A DNA stretch of 64,000 nucleotides, from the NCBI GenBank assembly GCA_014860225.1, contig JACZKE010000063.1, forward strand, positions 22,477-86,476. The letters are read 5' to 3'. The position numbers were made by a program, and so were the translations under genes. Position 1 is the stretch's first letter. Each line of letters opens with the position of its first letter. Shown here in pieces: positions 39,802 to 50,124 of the stretch. Under the pieces are notes generated by a model, which was given only the letters and a program-made list of their open reading frames with translations, made no database searches and had not been told where the DNA came from. Source of the DNA: Desulfuromonadales bacterium. GTDB lineage: Bacteria; Desulfobacterota; Desulfuromonadia; Desulfuromonadales; BM103.

Positions 39802-40173
39802 TTACCATGTCTGAGTAGCAGAATCTATTGTGACGGCCAAGGTAGCACGCAGCCAACTAAATTTTGACTTCAACAAATCAAAGTCAGGACCTTCAGTTAT
39901 AAAAGCCGCTGTCCCTTTGATCAGGAAACCTGCACCTGGGCCATGTAAACCAGTCACTTTGCTACTACCTAATGTAATCAAAACATTATTGTTATAGGCG
40001 ATATTTGCTTCAGTTTGATGCATATATCCAGCGGGAATCAATAACCGACCATCTCCTGACACCCTAATGTAGCTGTTCCAAGTGTTGACCATGTGCGGCC
40101 CCTCTTTACCCACGGTCGCTATGGCAACAACGCCATCTTTTTTCATAATTTCTGCCAGCTTTTCTGGGAACAT
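39802..40173 (-). CDS. pyridoxamine 5'-phosphate oxidase-family (FMN-binding split-barrel) protein
   Basis: MFPEKLAEIMKKDGVVAIATVGKEGPHMVNTWNSY.. resembles PNPOx-like proteins; start at second ATG with GGAG SD. Confidence 0.55.
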   Translation of the reverse strand: MFPEKLAEIMKKDGVVAIATVGKEGPHMVNTWNSYIRVSGDGRLLIPAGYMHQTEANIAYNNNVLITLGSSKVTGLHGPGAGFLIKGTAAFITEGPDFDLLKSKFSWLRATLAVTIDSATQTW

Positions 40174-40258
40174 ATTTATCTCCATGTTTGTTTTTTTTCA
40201 TAAACTATCTACCATTCAAATACTGACAACATCGTCTAATTGAGCAGAATATAAAATA

Positions 40259-40384
40259 CCTCGCAATATACAAAATAGCCACCCGTTTCCAGGCGGCCAT
40301 CATTTTGTGGATTAAAGCCTCTTTTAAATATCTCTATCAATAACACGCCTGTTTTCGTCTCGGCAGTGGTGCATTTCAGTAAAA
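40259..40384 (+). repeat. CR-1 copy B
   Basis: CCTCGCAATATACAAAATA + diverged hairpin + ..ATCTCTATCAATAACACGCCTGTTTTCGTCTCGGCAGTGGTGCATTTCAGTAAAA; the 46-nt stretch CTCTATCAATAACACGCCTGTTTTCGTCTCGGCAGTGGTG is identical to copy A. Confidence 0.85.
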
Positions 40385-40446
40385 TCTCACCAAGAGGCCT
40401 GATCGGGGTTCCGTATTAAAGGAGTAATGGAATCAGGAATTATGAA

Positions 40447-41340
40447 TTAGTCCCTCTGGGATTGTAAACCCGGGGTTCGCACTTTCTGCACAGATTCATA
40501 AGTAGAAACGGAGAGTATAATTGTGCCACCGATCCAGACCGACACCCCAGGGATCTCGCCGACCACGTACCATGCCAGCACGGTGGCAATCCAAGGTTGC
40601 AGACATTGAATCAGCGCTACCGACTTGGCAGGTAATTGTTTCAGACTGAACGCCAGGAGGGTGTGGGCCGCTGCGGTACTGAGAATCCCAAGTAAAACTA
40701 TATTGACCCATGAAGCTGTTTCTAATGCCTGAACTCGGGGGAAATCAACAAACGGAGCCAGCATCAAGCAAATGGCAACAACCTGATGAAAGATGAGACT
40801 ATCACTTGTTTCCCCGTCGAATCGATATTTTTGCAATAGATTCCGCAAGGCGAATAGCAGCGCAGAAATCATCCCAAAGATTACTCCCAGAGTGATCGGT
40901 TTATGCAAGTCAGTCACATCAACGCCAACCATGATCGCTAATCCGGCCAGAACAAGCAACCCGGCGAGAACATCTCCGGTTTTAATCTTCGTTTGGGTGA
41001 AGAGAGGTTCGAGAAGAATGGTAATGACCGGGAAGGTGAACAAAGAGAGCATCCCGACTGCTACAGATGAGACTTGCATAGCATGAAAAAAGGTTATCCA
41101 GTGCAGGCCTAACAGCAGACCCAAGACATATACGCCGACGTAAGTTCGACTTCCTCCATTGAGCTTTAAACTTCGCCTCTGAAGGGCCGTGAAACAGGCA
41201 ATCCCTGCTGTTGCCACTACCGACCGTAATTGAATGATTGACATCGCGTCGAGGGGAATAATTTTCGCGAACAGCCCGGTAAGGGCCAAAAGAAAGATCG
41301 CCAAATATAGGCCTGGCAAGCCTAAACGGGGACATGACAT
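40447..41340 (-). CDS. DMT-superfamily (EamA) transporter
   Basis: 297 aa, about 10 TM, two EamA-like halves. Confidence 0.8.
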   Translation of the reverse strand: MSCPRLGLPGLYLAIFLLALTGLFAKIIPLDAMSIIQLRSVVATAGIACFTALQRRSLKLNGGSRTYVGVYVLGLLLGLHWITFFHAMQVSSVAVGMLSLFTFPVITILLEPLFTQTKIKTGDVLAGLLVLAGLAIMVGVDVTDLHKPITLGVIFGMISALLFALRNLLQKYRFDGETSDSLIFHQVVAICLMLAPFVDFPRVQALETASWVNIVLLGILSTAAAHTLLAFSLKQLPAKSVALIQCLQPWIATVLAWYVVGEIPGVSVWIGGTIILSVSTYESVQKVRTPGLQSQRD

Positions 41341-41370
41341 TTATGGAAAAACCTTCTGTCCAATCAATTA

Positions 41371-41443
41371 AGCATTACGAGAAAGCCCTCCTGGATCGCC
41401 AAGCGGGCTTTTGGTGTTCTATAGGTTGTGGATTATAGAAAAA
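41371..41443 (+). repeat. CR-2 copy (diverged)
   Basis: ATTACGAGAAA + GCCC..GGGC hairpin + TTTTGGTGTTCTATAGGTTGTGGATTATAGAAAAAC. Confidence 0.55.
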
Positions 41444-41527
41444 CCTGGAGCCGGCTGACCTGCCCCACCTTAAGAGTCCATCTCAAAATTTAGTTTAGCG
41501 CAATGCTTCCTGGCTCCCCAGTCGTTA

Positions 41528-42418
41528 TTATGACCTCTTTACCACCAAGTAAACACCAATAACTGTCATGATGATCGCTGTGATCGCGACTAGACTCAAT
41601 GATTCACCAAACAATAGCCAGGCTTCGATACTCGCGATGGGTGGCACGAGATAAAAATAACTTGCCACCTTAGCCGTCTCACCCTCTCGGATCATATACA
41701 TGAGCAAAAGAATAGCCGAGACTGATAATCCAAATACCAGCCATCCAAGGGCCAGTACCAAGCGAATATCCCACACCACTTCCTGGGCTTCAAATACCCA
41801 GGTCAAAATCGACATCAACATCGCAACACTGACATACTGCCAGATTGATCCGGACAGCAAATTCGTCCTTGAGCCAAAGCGCTTTTGATACAAGGTCCCG
41901 ACAGATATTCCTAACAAAGCTGCTATGGCAGCGAGTACTGAAGGCCAGTTCAGAACGATATCTTGATTCTGACTGGTGCTTAACAACACAGTTACCACCC
42001 CTCCGAGACCTAATCCAAGACCCAGCCACTGTCTAGGACGCAACCGCTCACCTAAAAAAAGCCATCCCAAACAAGCAGTGAGAACTGGCTGCGCTCCAAC
42101 AACTATCGCTGTAATCCCCGCAGGCATGCCCCACTTGATCGCGGCAAAAACACCTCCGAGGTAAGTACCATGCACCAAAAAACCAGTGACCATTTGTTGC
42201 CCAGCCTGCCTAGTTGATAACCGCTCAGCCCGGAACAATAAGCACAAAAGCATAAATACGGCGACGGTTAGAGTCATACGTATGAACAGTAAATAAAAAG
42301 GCTCGATAAAGGGTAAGGCATACTTGGCAGCAATAAAGCCGGTACTCCATAAGAAAACAAATAAAAATGGAATAAGGTTGATCAAAACCCGGCGTTTATC
42401 AGTCATCACAATTCCCAT
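41528..42418 (-). CDS. DMT-superfamily (EamA) transporter
   Basis: 296 aa, about 10 TM, two EamA-like halves. Confidence 0.8.
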   Translation of the reverse strand: MGIVMTDKRRVLINLIPFLFVFLWSTGFIAAKYALPFIEPFYLLFIRMTLTVAVFMLLCLLFRAERLSTRQAGQQMVTGFLVHGTYLGGVFAAIKWGMPAGITAIVVGAQPVLTACLGWLFLGERLRPRQWLGLGLGLGGVVTVLLSTSQNQDIVLNWPSVLAAIAALLGISVGTLYQKRFGSRTNLLSGSIWQYVSVAMLMSILTWVFEAQEVVWDIRLVLALGWLVFGLSVSAILLLMYMIREGETAKVASYFYLVPPIASIEAWLLFGESLSLVAITAIIMTVIGVYLVVKRS

Positions 42419-42630
42419 AGTCCACAGCCCATTATTCCGGCACAGTTCTTGTCTTCATTCAAGAGGAACGATAGCAGGTATATGGGGGTAGACGATTAAT
42501 TTTGATTGGCTTTGGTGAGTGTCAATGACGCTTCCATGCTGAACTTGTACATGGTTCATAAACGGTCGAAATCTTATCTCATTCAAAATAACAGGGCAAT
42601 GAAAACCAAATGATCAGCATTTCCATTTAT

Positions 42631-42691
42631 CCCGCAATCCAAGAATCTGCTCCCACCTTTAATCACTCCTGGCAGTCGTGACTTATAGGAG
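42631..42691 (+). repeat. R-core cluster (2 cores)
   Basis: CCCGCAATCCAAGAATC-11 nt-TTTAATCACTCCTGGCAGTCGTGACTTATAGGAG. Confidence 0.65.
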
Positions 42692-42995
42692 ATCGCTTCG
42701 TTAGGGTCATAGCTTCACCCCAAAATGGTTCAGAATGACTAGCAGCAGCAAATAACAAAAGACTGTCAGCACAACGGAAAGGCCAAGGCTAAGGCTAAGG
42801 TAGAAGTTGAGCCCTTGTACATAATTTTTCTTTTCAAAACTGAACTTTGGCAAGGTCAGCTAGAAATGTAAATTTTCAACATTTAAAGGTCTAATTGCCA
42901 GTGGTTTCTCCTCCTACGTTATTGTTGAAAAATTCTCATATTTGACTTATTATTTCACCTTTTTGCGGGCGAATCATTATTGGAGAGATATCATC

Positions 42996-44045
42996 ATGAA
43001 CGTTGTCAGATTGAACCTGATTGGTTTTTTATGTCTATTTTTCATGCTCATTGTGCCCCAGGCCTTTGCCGAGACTGGTGACGACCCTTTGACAAACTGG
43101 CAGCCCAAATTCGATCCCGGCAAAGCAGAATATAAGTATTTACTTTCATGTGTTGGTCATCCGGCAATAGAAGGGGTTGGGGTTGGGTTTCGCATACGCG
43201 ACAAGGTTTGGGAGAAAAGCGACGGGCGCCTTTTCGTAGATTTCCGGCCTCTGTCTCTTCTTGGAGGAGAGAAGGATGTCATCAACAAACTGAAAATGGG
43301 CGCAATACAAGGAATGATGAGTTCTTCTGTCGCTGCGGCAAATGTTGCTGAAACCCTCGGTATAGTCAATATCCCTTACGTTATTGATACCTTTGAGAAG
43401 CTGGATCGCTTTCGCACTACACCAGAACTCTGGCAACCTTTTCATGAAGCTGCCTTAGGTAGTAATATTGTCGTTGCAGACATTACGGGCTATGGTTCGT
43501 ACGGATGGGCGACAAAAAAGCCAGTCAAGACCTTTAAAGATGCTAAATCCGTTAATTTCCGTATAGCCGAAGCACCTGTTAACATAGATTTCTACAAAGC
43601 ATGGGGACTCAAATTTACGGTCATGCCATGGCCGGATGTTCCACAAGCTCTCCAGACGGGAGTCATAACAGGGCTTGATCACACTCCCATCGTTTGCAAC
43701 ATTAGCGGGAAATTCAATGTTGCAAAATACTACACCCAACTCAATTATGCACAAGGGTTGTATATTCACCTGATAAACACCCGTTGGCTTAACAAACTAC
43801 CGAGGGATCTGCGTAAAATTCTTCTGGATACGATCGAGGAAGAAAGTGCTGCGGCAAGGGCTTTGACTCGCGAACAGCAGAGGGACCAAATTCAGGCAGC
43901 GAAGGAATCCGGGATAACCTTCTATCAGCTTCCGGAAAAAGAAAAAGCTGAACTTATCGAAAAAGCAAAACCCATGTATGACAAGTGGGGTGGTAAAATT
44001 GGCGCAGATTATTTCCAAACGGTAAGGGCCTCGCTAGCCCAATAA
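42996..44045 (+). CDS. TRAP transporter substrate-binding protein (DctP family)
   Basis: Start at MNVVRLNLIGFL.. (signal peptide, GGAGAG SD); DctP-like fold pattern; no DctQM genes adjacent. Confidence 0.75.
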   Translation: MNVVRLNLIGFLCLFFMLIVPQAFAETGDDPLTNWQPKFDPGKAEYKYLLSCVGHPAIEGVGVGFRIRDKVWEKSDGRLFVDFRPLSLLGGEKDVINKLKMGAIQGMMSSSVAAANVAETLGIVNIPYVIDTFEKLDRFRTTPELWQPFHEAALGSNIVVADITGYGSYGWATKKPVKTFKDAKSVNFRIAEAPVNIDFYKAWGLKFTVMPWPDVPQALQTGVITGLDHTPIVCNISGKFNVAKYYTQLNYAQGLYIHLINTRWLNKLPRDLRKILLDTIEEESAAARALTREQQRDQIQAAKESGITFYQLPEKEKAELIEKAKPMYDKWGGKIGADYFQTVRASLAQ

Positions 44046-44078
44046 GTCATATCGAATACATTGGAATATTACAGACAA

Positions 44079-44237
44079 GCCCCAGCCATCGCCGGTTGGG
44101 GCTTTTTCATTTCCGAAATTTTGCCTTCCCCTCCCCACCCCCAAATTTCCCCTCAGTACCGGATCTGGATCGGACTTTTCGACTGACATTTAACAAACCT
44201 ATGAGTTTCCAATAAATGCTACTGCATTGTTCTTCGG
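44079..44237 (+). repeat. CR-3 copy 1 (terminator hairpin + about 135-nt conserved tail)
   Basis: GCCCCAGCCATCGCCGGTTGGGGCTTTTTCATTTCC...CCCCTCCCCACCCCCAAATTT...ATAAATGCTACTGCATTGTT; matches the reverse complement of 61447-61587. Confidence 0.75.
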
Positions 44238-44273
44238 TGCTCAGGTTGAATGTAGTGCGAAATTCTTACTGAT

Positions 44274-44394
44274 CCTGACTCATAAGAAAATGGCCACCCT
44301 GAATCGTTCAAGGAGGCCATCATTTTGACACCTTAAATTGCTCTATCAATAACACACCAGTTTTCGTCTCGGCAGTCGTGACATTTAAGAAAAA
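44274..44394 (+). repeat. CR-1 copy C
   Basis: CCTGACTCATAAGAAAA + hairpin TGGCCACCCTGAA/TTCAAGGAGGCCA + TCATTTTGACACCTTAAATTGCTCTATCAATAACACACCAGTTTTCGTCTCGGCAGTCGTGACATTTAAGAAAAA. Confidence 0.85.
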
Positions 44395-44426
44395 CCACCT
44401 GCTTTCAATTGGCCATTTTTTGTGTA

Positions 44427-45680
44427 TTAAAGCTTATTCAAGCAGGCACTGGAAGGTTCGACCCATGCAGCGCGGTCGCGTCCTTCAGCTTTGGCCTTAT
44501 AGAGGCCCTCGTCAGCCCGTTGCAGCACGATGTCGAGGTTTTCCTCGCCTGAAAGAGACGTTGCAATTCCGAGACTGACCGTCACTGGTAGAGGTGTGTC
44601 ATTATACATGAATGGCCGGGTGCGAACAGCCTGGCGTACCCTCTCAGCAGCCACTACCGCACTCTCAAATGATTCATCTGGGAGGACAAGCAGAAACTCT
44701 TCTCCGCCATAGCGGCCTAACTGATCGTAATCACGCACTGTCTCTTGAATCCTCAGGGCCATGTCACGTAACACTTGGTCGCCGGCGAGATGGCCGTAAG
44801 TATCGTTGACTTTTTTGAAATGGTCTATATCGAGCATGATAAAACTCAATGAATAATCATTTTGTTGCTGACGGCGTCGATCAATCCGCGAGATTTCCTT
44901 GCGGGCCCGGTCGACGATTGCACCGCGGTTGTAAACGCCGGTCAGGGCGTCAATGGTAGCAAGAACGTGCAACTTATCCTGTGCTTCTCGCACGTGGGTG
45001 GAGGCGTTTTTTACGAAGAAGAAAGAGACTCCGAAGACTCCCACCAGGATGATGCCAAGAATAAAAACTGAATTAATAACTGTCGTGACTATCTCTTTGC
45101 GGTAACGAGTGACATCTGCGTAAATCTCAAAGGCGCCGACGACGGCATTGCCAATGCGAATCGGGATGTAACTTTCAACCACGTCGACATCCAGCATCTC
45201 CTCGTTTGCAAGATCGCGAAAGGCCTCCTTGTTTTCGTGGTGAGAATCGGGACTCCCCTGTAAGGCACGCTCCAGCCTGAGGTTCCCGGTATCTGTATCT
45301 CCGATGAGCGCGGCTTCCGAACTGAAAATGATCATCTTGTCGGCGTTGTATATTTTGATTTTGACTATTTCGAAGGCCTTGAGAAAACGCCGGAATCGAC
45401 GATCGAGAGTGTCCAAAGACATCGGATAAACGAAGAGTACAGGCTGTCCATCTGTCCCATCTGTGAAGAGCAGGTCTTCCTGTTCGACAAGCAGAACAGC
45501 GGCGATATGTGCCGCATCCTCCTCGGCGCTGCGCAGTACCTGGTCTGAGTAGACCCGGTAAATGCCATAGCCAGTTCCTGCAATAATGATAATTATTGAA
45601 AAGCAGGCCACCGCGACCAGTTTTTTCAGCAACAGTTGTACGTTGCCTTTCGGTGGGTTGGTATCAGCTTCAACTGACAT
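44427..45680 (-). CDS. diguanylate cyclase (GGDEF) with N-terminal membrane-anchored sensor domain
   Basis: 417 aa; GGEEF active site, RxxD-type region, two TM segments flanking a periplasmic domain. Confidence 0.85.
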   Translation of the reverse strand: MSVEADTNPPKGNVQLLLKKLVAVACFSIIIIIAGTGYGIYRVYSDQVLRSAEEDAAHIAAVLLVEQEDLLFTDGTDGQPVLFVYPMSLDTLDRRFRRFLKAFEIVKIKIYNADKMIIFSSEAALIGDTDTGNLRLERALQGSPDSHHENKEAFRDLANEEMLDVDVVESYIPIRIGNAVVGAFEIYADVTRYRKEIVTTVINSVFILGIILVGVFGVSFFFVKNASTHVREAQDKLHVLATIDALTGVYNRGAIVDRARKEISRIDRRRQQQNDYSLSFIMLDIDHFKKVNDTYGHLAGDQVLRDMALRIQETVRDYDQLGRYGGEEFLLVLPDESFESAVVAAERVRQAVRTRPFMYNDTPLPVTVSLGIATSLSGEENLDIVLQRADEGLYKAKAEGRDRAAWVEPSSACLNKL

Positions 45681-45851
45681 GCTGTCTCCTGAAATATACG
45701 ATACTGATCATCACCCCCCTTGCAACACATCAAAATATCAGAATTTCACAATGTAGTGCACTAGACCTATGTGGTCAAATGCTCTTTCCTAAATATATGC
45801 TCGAATTGATTTGATCGCTAGATGTTCAATGAAAAGCGAAGTTAGTGAAAA

Positions 45852-45965
45852 CCCTGACATACAAGAAAATGGCCACATGGAATTGATCCAGGTGGCCACC
45901 GTTTGTCGACTTAATTTGCTCTATCAATAACACGCCCGTTTTCGTCCTAGCAGTCGTGACTTTGG
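45852..45965 (+). repeat. CR-1 copy D
   Basis: CCCTGACATACAAGAAAA + TGGCCACATGGAATTGATCCAGGTGGCCA + CCGTTTGTCGACTTAATTTGCTCTATCAATAACACGCCCGTTTTCGTCCTAGCAGTCGTGAC. Confidence 0.85.
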
Positions 45966-46072
45966 CACCTCTGCCTAGCACCGGATCGAAGAAGAGTGCT
46001 TCATTACATTTGCTCCAGTTCTATTTAGGTTCCTTACATTGTGATTATTAGGACAACCATGCCAGGCGAACG

Positions 46073-46546
46073 CTACTTATCAGGTGGGGGCATGGACACC
46101 GTCATGCCATGACGCTGAAAGATGTCTGTCATCTTATCGCGGTCGGGTGGACCATCGACAGCAGCGTTGATTACTTCTGCTGACTCGCGGAAGTATGCAG
46201 GACCCATGATAGCAGGACTGATGACGACGAGTTGCTTTACATCTTTACTTCCGAAGTTGTCAAAGCGGTGTACCGCGCCTCGAGGTATGCATAGCGATTG
46301 GTCAGGACCAACTTCTATAGGCGTTCCGTTAACTGTCCAAGTTAGGACGCCTTCGATACCGTAAAGGACTTCCTCATAGGCGTCGTTTTTGTGGGCTGGC
46401 GCAGCCAGTTTCTGTCCAGCGGGAACGAAGAACTCGAACACTGATACACTTCCGTTGGAATCATTGCTCGTGAGAAGAAAATGGATTTGTAGCGGACCAA
46501 TCATGATTGTTTCATCAGATGGGTTAACCCTTGTCGCATGCTGCAT
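46073..46546 (-). CDS. cupin-domain protein
   Basis: 157 aa; ..APAHKNDAYEEVLYGIEG..(cupin motif 1) and ..LCIPRGAVHRFDN..(motif 2). Confidence 0.6.
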   Translation of the reverse strand: MQHATRVNPSDETIMIGPLQIHFLLTSNDSNGSVSVFEFFVPAGQKLAAPAHKNDAYEEVLYGIEGVLTWTVNGTPIEVGPDQSLCIPRGAVHRFDNFGSKDVKQLVVISPAIMGPAYFRESAEVINAAVDGPPDRDKMTDIFQRHGMTVSMPPPDK

Positions 46547-46799
46547 AATTTGCCCTTTATCTTTCTTAGGTGCAGGCTTTGTTCATAAACCCTATGACCA
46601 CATCGTCAGCGGCACCAGTTTGCGGACGTTGGTTATACGTGTTGTGATGGTGTCTGCATTAGAAGGCCTTGAGCCTTCCATAAAGGCACCCTTAAGTTAT
46701 TATACTCTTCATTTACTGGAACAGATAAAAGGGGGTCTTATTTATGATCCTATATTGTTTTGAGAGTGGAAATTAGCTGAAATGTGAGATTCCTACTGG

Positions 46800-46902
46800 C
46801 CCTGGCATATAAGAAAATGGTCTCTCGGAATTAATTCCAGGATTAATCTCGGTGGCCGTCGTTTTGTTGATTAATGAGCGCCTTAAATTAATCTATCAAT
46901 AA
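46800..46902 (+). repeat. CR-1 copy E (insertion in hairpin, 3'-truncated)
   Basis: CCCTGGCATATAAGAAAATGGTCTCTCGGAATT..CGGTGGCCGTCGTTTTGTTG..CTTAAATTAATCTATCAATAA, then similarity ends. Confidence 0.65.
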
Positions 46903-46992
46903 ACAATCGGCTAAGCGAACACCGCAGACAGGATGCATGTGGTAAACTTAAGACTATAAATAGCATTGGACTGGTCTGATGGCTAAGGAGGT

Positions 46993-47328
46993 ATGATGAA
47001 AGAATATCCTGGTAATTATGCTTGGCTCATGAGTGAGTTCGGGAAAGTTCTGGAGGCACATCAAAATTTTGGTAAGGAACTTCATCAGGCTGGCCCTCTT
47101 GATGAAAAAACCGCTCAACTTATCCAGCTTGCCGGAGCGGCAAGTGTTCGATCTGAAGGTGCGGTGCATTCTCATGTCAAACGGGCTCTGAAGGCTGGCG
47201 CAGAAACGGCTGAAATTTATCACAGCATAATTCTTCTGGCGAGCACAATTGGATTCCCTGCTGCTGCTGCCGCCTTATCTTGGGCCAGAGAAATCGTGGA
47301 ACCTCTAAAGGGGACAGACACCTTTTAA
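46993..47328 (+). CDS. carboxymuconolactone decarboxylase (AhpD-like) family protein lacking the CxxC pair
   Basis: 111 aa; ..LIQLAGAASVRSEGAVHSHVKRALKAGAE.. aligns with the CMD motif, but Ser and Ala sit where the Cys residues usually are. Confidence 0.65.
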   Translation: MMKEYPGNYAWLMSEFGKVLEAHQNFGKELHQAGPLDEKTAQLIQLAGAASVRSEGAVHSHVKRALKAGAETAEIYHSIILLASTIGFPAAAAALSWAREIVEPLKGTDTF

Positions 47329-47335
47329 GGACTAG

Positions 47336-47478
47336 ATTGTCCACCCGGTGTTGGTCCAGGTAGCCATAGTCTTGCGGATTAAAGAACTTCTTAAATATCT
47401 TCATAAATATGAAGCCTATTTTCTTCTCAGAAGTCGTGAGTTATAGGAAAAGCACCCAATCCGAAGATTGAGGGTTTA
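47336..47478 (+). repeat. CR-1/CR-2 hybrid copy G
   Basis: Diverged CR-1 (TGTCCACCCGG..CCAGGTAGCCATAGTCTTGCGG..TTCTTAAATATCTTCATAAAT..TTTTCTTCTCAGAAGTCGTGAGTTATAGGAAAAG) running directly into a CR-2-type hairpin ACCCAATC-CGAA-GATTGAGGGT. Confidence 0.65.
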
Positions 47479-47507
47479 CATGCACATGAGGCGGCTCAAT
47501 TCTTTCC

Positions 47508-48971
47508 TTAACGGCCTTCCTCCAAATCCTTTCCAATTCTCAATACCGACTCTAATAGGGCATCTACTTGCGGTAGATCGGCGCGTGCGCCTACATAGCA
47601 GGGACGGAGCGTTAAACTTCCTCTCACACGCGTCGTACTGGGCATATATTTATTCTCCCTTACCAGGCGACGGTGAAGTCTTTGATTGAAACTATCGAGG
47701 TCCTCTATATCAGGGGAAATATAACGGAAACAACAGATAGAAAGTGTCGGCTCGCTTAGGACTTCCAGGTTGGCGTGATCATTGGCACATTGGGCAAGAT
47801 GGCGTGCCATGGCATTATGGCGCTTCACTCTTTCACGCATACCCTGAACACCAATTTCTCGAATCAATGCCCAAACTACAACGCCACGGCATGGCGCACT
47901 TAACTCGACACCAAAATCATAATACGGTATACCGAAGTCATCTAAAGAATGTCCTATAACCGGGACAGATTTGTCGCTCTGTTCAACAGAACCTTCAAGA
48001 TAGTCGGCTGGTTCCTGTGTAAATGCGCGGTATAGGCATTGTCTGTCACGAACAAATGTGGCCGCTACTCCAACTGAAGCACCAAGCCATTTATGGGGAT
48101 CGACAATCACCGAGTCGGCCAACTCCAAGCCATGAAAAAGATGGCTGATCTTTTCATCCAAGATACCGGGTAAACCATAAGCACCATCTACATGAAACCA
48201 GATGGAATTTTCCGCTGCGAACTCTCCAATTGCCTGTAGTGGGTCGATTGCACCGGTATTAGTGGTACCAGCATTGGCGACAATGGCCATCGGTAAAATA
48301 CCTGCGACCTTATCTTCTGCAATCGCTTTCTGCAAACAATCCACCCGCATTCGACCTTTACTGTCACAGGCGACCAATTTAATCGCATGTCGGCCGATTC
48401 CCAATACACCACCGGAACGTTGAATCGTATGATGACATTCTTCACTGGCATAAACCCTGACCGATCTATTAACCCCATCTGCCGCAGGGTCATGCCCTAA
48501 TCTTTCAAAGGCGGACTGTCGTGCACCACCCAAGGCAATTAAGTTCGCTACGGAACCTCCACTACTGTAGACACCCTGCATGTTTCCAATGCCGCACATT
48601 TGTGCTAACCACTGTAATGATAATTCTTCTAGGAAGTTGAAAGCAGTATGCATATATCGCTGAGGGGAGGCGATTGTCGCAGCAGTGGATGCAAGGGTGG
48701 AAACGCTCGTTGAACCGGTGGTAATAAATGAACTGAAGCCTGGCCTGGGAACAGGAGAACCATTTGGGATGATATGATTAACCAAATCAGAGGTCACTTG
48801 CTCGATGCCGACCCCTTGCTGCGGTAAGGGTATGTCTAGAAACTCACGCCAGCGATTATTGGGATGCATTGCATCTGGATGTTCAAATTTTAAATATTCA
48901 TCTAACCCCGCACCAACTTGACCCAATAATGTCTGCAAATTGCCTGTTTCAGCCTTTTCTGTTGGCATCAT
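47508..48971 (-). CDS. PLP-dependent (group II) amino-acid decarboxylase family protein
   Basis: 487 aa; ..HVDGAYG.. and PLP-Lys motif ..SVIVDPHKWLG.. Confidence 0.8.
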   Translation of the reverse strand: MMPTEKAETGNLQTLLGQVGAGLDEYLKFEHPDAMHPNNRWREFLDIPLPQQGVGIEQVTSDLVNHIIPNGSPVPRPGFSSFITTGSTSVSTLASTAATIASPQRYMHTAFNFLEELSLQWLAQMCGIGNMQGVYSSGGSVANLIALGGARQSAFERLGHDPAADGVNRSVRVYASEECHHTIQRSGGVLGIGRHAIKLVACDSKGRMRVDCLQKAIAEDKVAGILPMAIVANAGTTNTGAIDPLQAIGEFAAENSIWFHVDGAYGLPGILDEKISHLFHGLELADSVIVDPHKWLGASVGVAATFVRDRQCLYRAFTQEPADYLEGSVEQSDKSVPVIGHSLDDFGIPYYDFGVELSAPCRGVVVWALIREIGVQGMRERVKRHNAMARHLAQCANDHANLEVLSEPTLSICCFRYISPDIEDLDSFNQRLHRRLVRENKYMPSTTRVRGSLTLRPCYVGARADLPQVDALLESVLRIGKDLEEGR

Positions 48972-49110
48972 GGCCTCCTTACAAGTGTTAAGGAAGTCTT
49001 TGTTGTTTTTAGTTTTACTCCCATAAGAAATCCGAGTTTCGTATAAAAAGGACAGATTTAATCATAGCACCTATTCAAGACTCTTCTAGTTATCAATGGT
49101 ACAGTAAACC

Positions 49111-49270
49111 CTCTCTCAATAAAAAGAAAAGGCCACCCGGAGAGGATCCTAGGCGGCCATAATTTGTGGTCAATGAACGTCTTAAATTGCTCTATCAATA
49201 ATACGCCATTTTTCGTCTCACCAGTGGTGACAAATAAGAAACGGCCCTTGGAGCCAATCCCAAAGGGCCG
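49111..49270 (+). repeat. CR-1 copy F with 3' hairpin
   Basis: CTCTCTCAATAAAAAGAAAA + GGCCACCCGG..CTAGGCGGCC + ..CTTAAATTGCTCTATCAATAATACGCCATTTTTCGTCTCACCAGTGGTGACAAATAAGAAA + hairpin CGGCCCTTGG..CCAAAGGGCCG. Confidence 0.85.
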
Positions 49271-49354
49271 CGTCAGCAGGGCCTGTTTTAAAAAACACAG
49301 GTTAATAAACACTAGCCTGTCCAGACATTTTTTCAAGAATTAAATATGGTGATC

Positions 49355-49435
49355 ATCAAGAAGCCACTTTTCGCCTCACAAATCGTGCAATACAAGAAAA
49401 TTCCTCACGATTTTATAATCGAAGGCCCCGTGATT
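49355..49435 (+). repeat. CR-1 3' half only (copy F2)
   Basis: CACTTTTCGCCTCACAAATCGTGCAATACAAGAAAA + TCACG..CGTGA hairpin + TTTTTC. Confidence 0.6.
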
Positions 49436-49474
49436 TTTCTTTAACATAACGAAACATTGGGTTGCTCACTAACA

Positions 49475-49705
49475 TTAGCCGTCTAGCGAAAACAACTCAT
49501 CTTGAACGAGTGAAAACTCCTCGTGCTGCCGTTGTTCTTCCCCATGGTATGGCCCTCCTTGGCCGCGCAATTTGTCTTGGCCAAGGACAACCCATCCATC
49601 TGAGCGTTTAAACAACATTACCTGCTGTATATCTATCAAAAACTGCAAGTCGTCTTTATTCACTAATTCTTCTTTACCACCACTAAGTACAACAGGGATA
49701 AGCAT
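49475..49705 (-). CDS. small protein resembling the Geobacter GSU3473 family
   Basis: Start at MLIPVVLSGGKEELVNKDDLQFLIDIQQVMLFKRSDGWVVLGQDKLRG.. with GGGAGG SD; family assignment from memory only. Confidence 0.4.
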   Translation of the reverse strand: MLIPVVLSGGKEELVNKDDLQFLIDIQQVMLFKRSDGWVVLGQDKLRGQGGPYHGEEQRQHEEFSLVQDELFSLDG

Positions 49706-50015
49706 ATAATGCACCTCCCGTCTAAACTCCTTAACTAAAACCACGCTAGCACTTAGTGAGGTTCTGTCAAGCTTATACAGAGTCATGAGCAGACGAAATA
49801 AACTAAAAGATGAACAGAATTAGACGAAAGGTCCTTGCATATTTTAAACTTATGATGCGCCTTAAGGTGGGTAGATATTCCCATGAATTCTGACATTTAA
49901 GAACGCACCACCAACGCTCGTCACAGTAGCACACAGATTACTCACAACTTTCTTACAAGTACTCCTGCATTGATTTGAAACCTTCAGATTGGTCGAAATT
50001 CAAGATTCTTGGATA

Positions 50016-50091
50016 CTCTGCAATGTAAGAAAGCCCCCTATCCGAAGATTGAGAGTTTGCGTGTTTTATAAATGGTGATTAATAGCAATAG
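50016..50091 (+). repeat. CR-2 copy (decayed stem)
   Basis: CTCTGCAATGTAAGAAAGCCCCCTATCCGAAGATTGAGAGTTTGCGTGTTTTATAAATGGTGATTAATAGCAATAG. Confidence 0.75.
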
Positions 50092-50124
50092 TTTTTCAAC
50101 AAGCGGTCCGAATTGAGCGAATTG

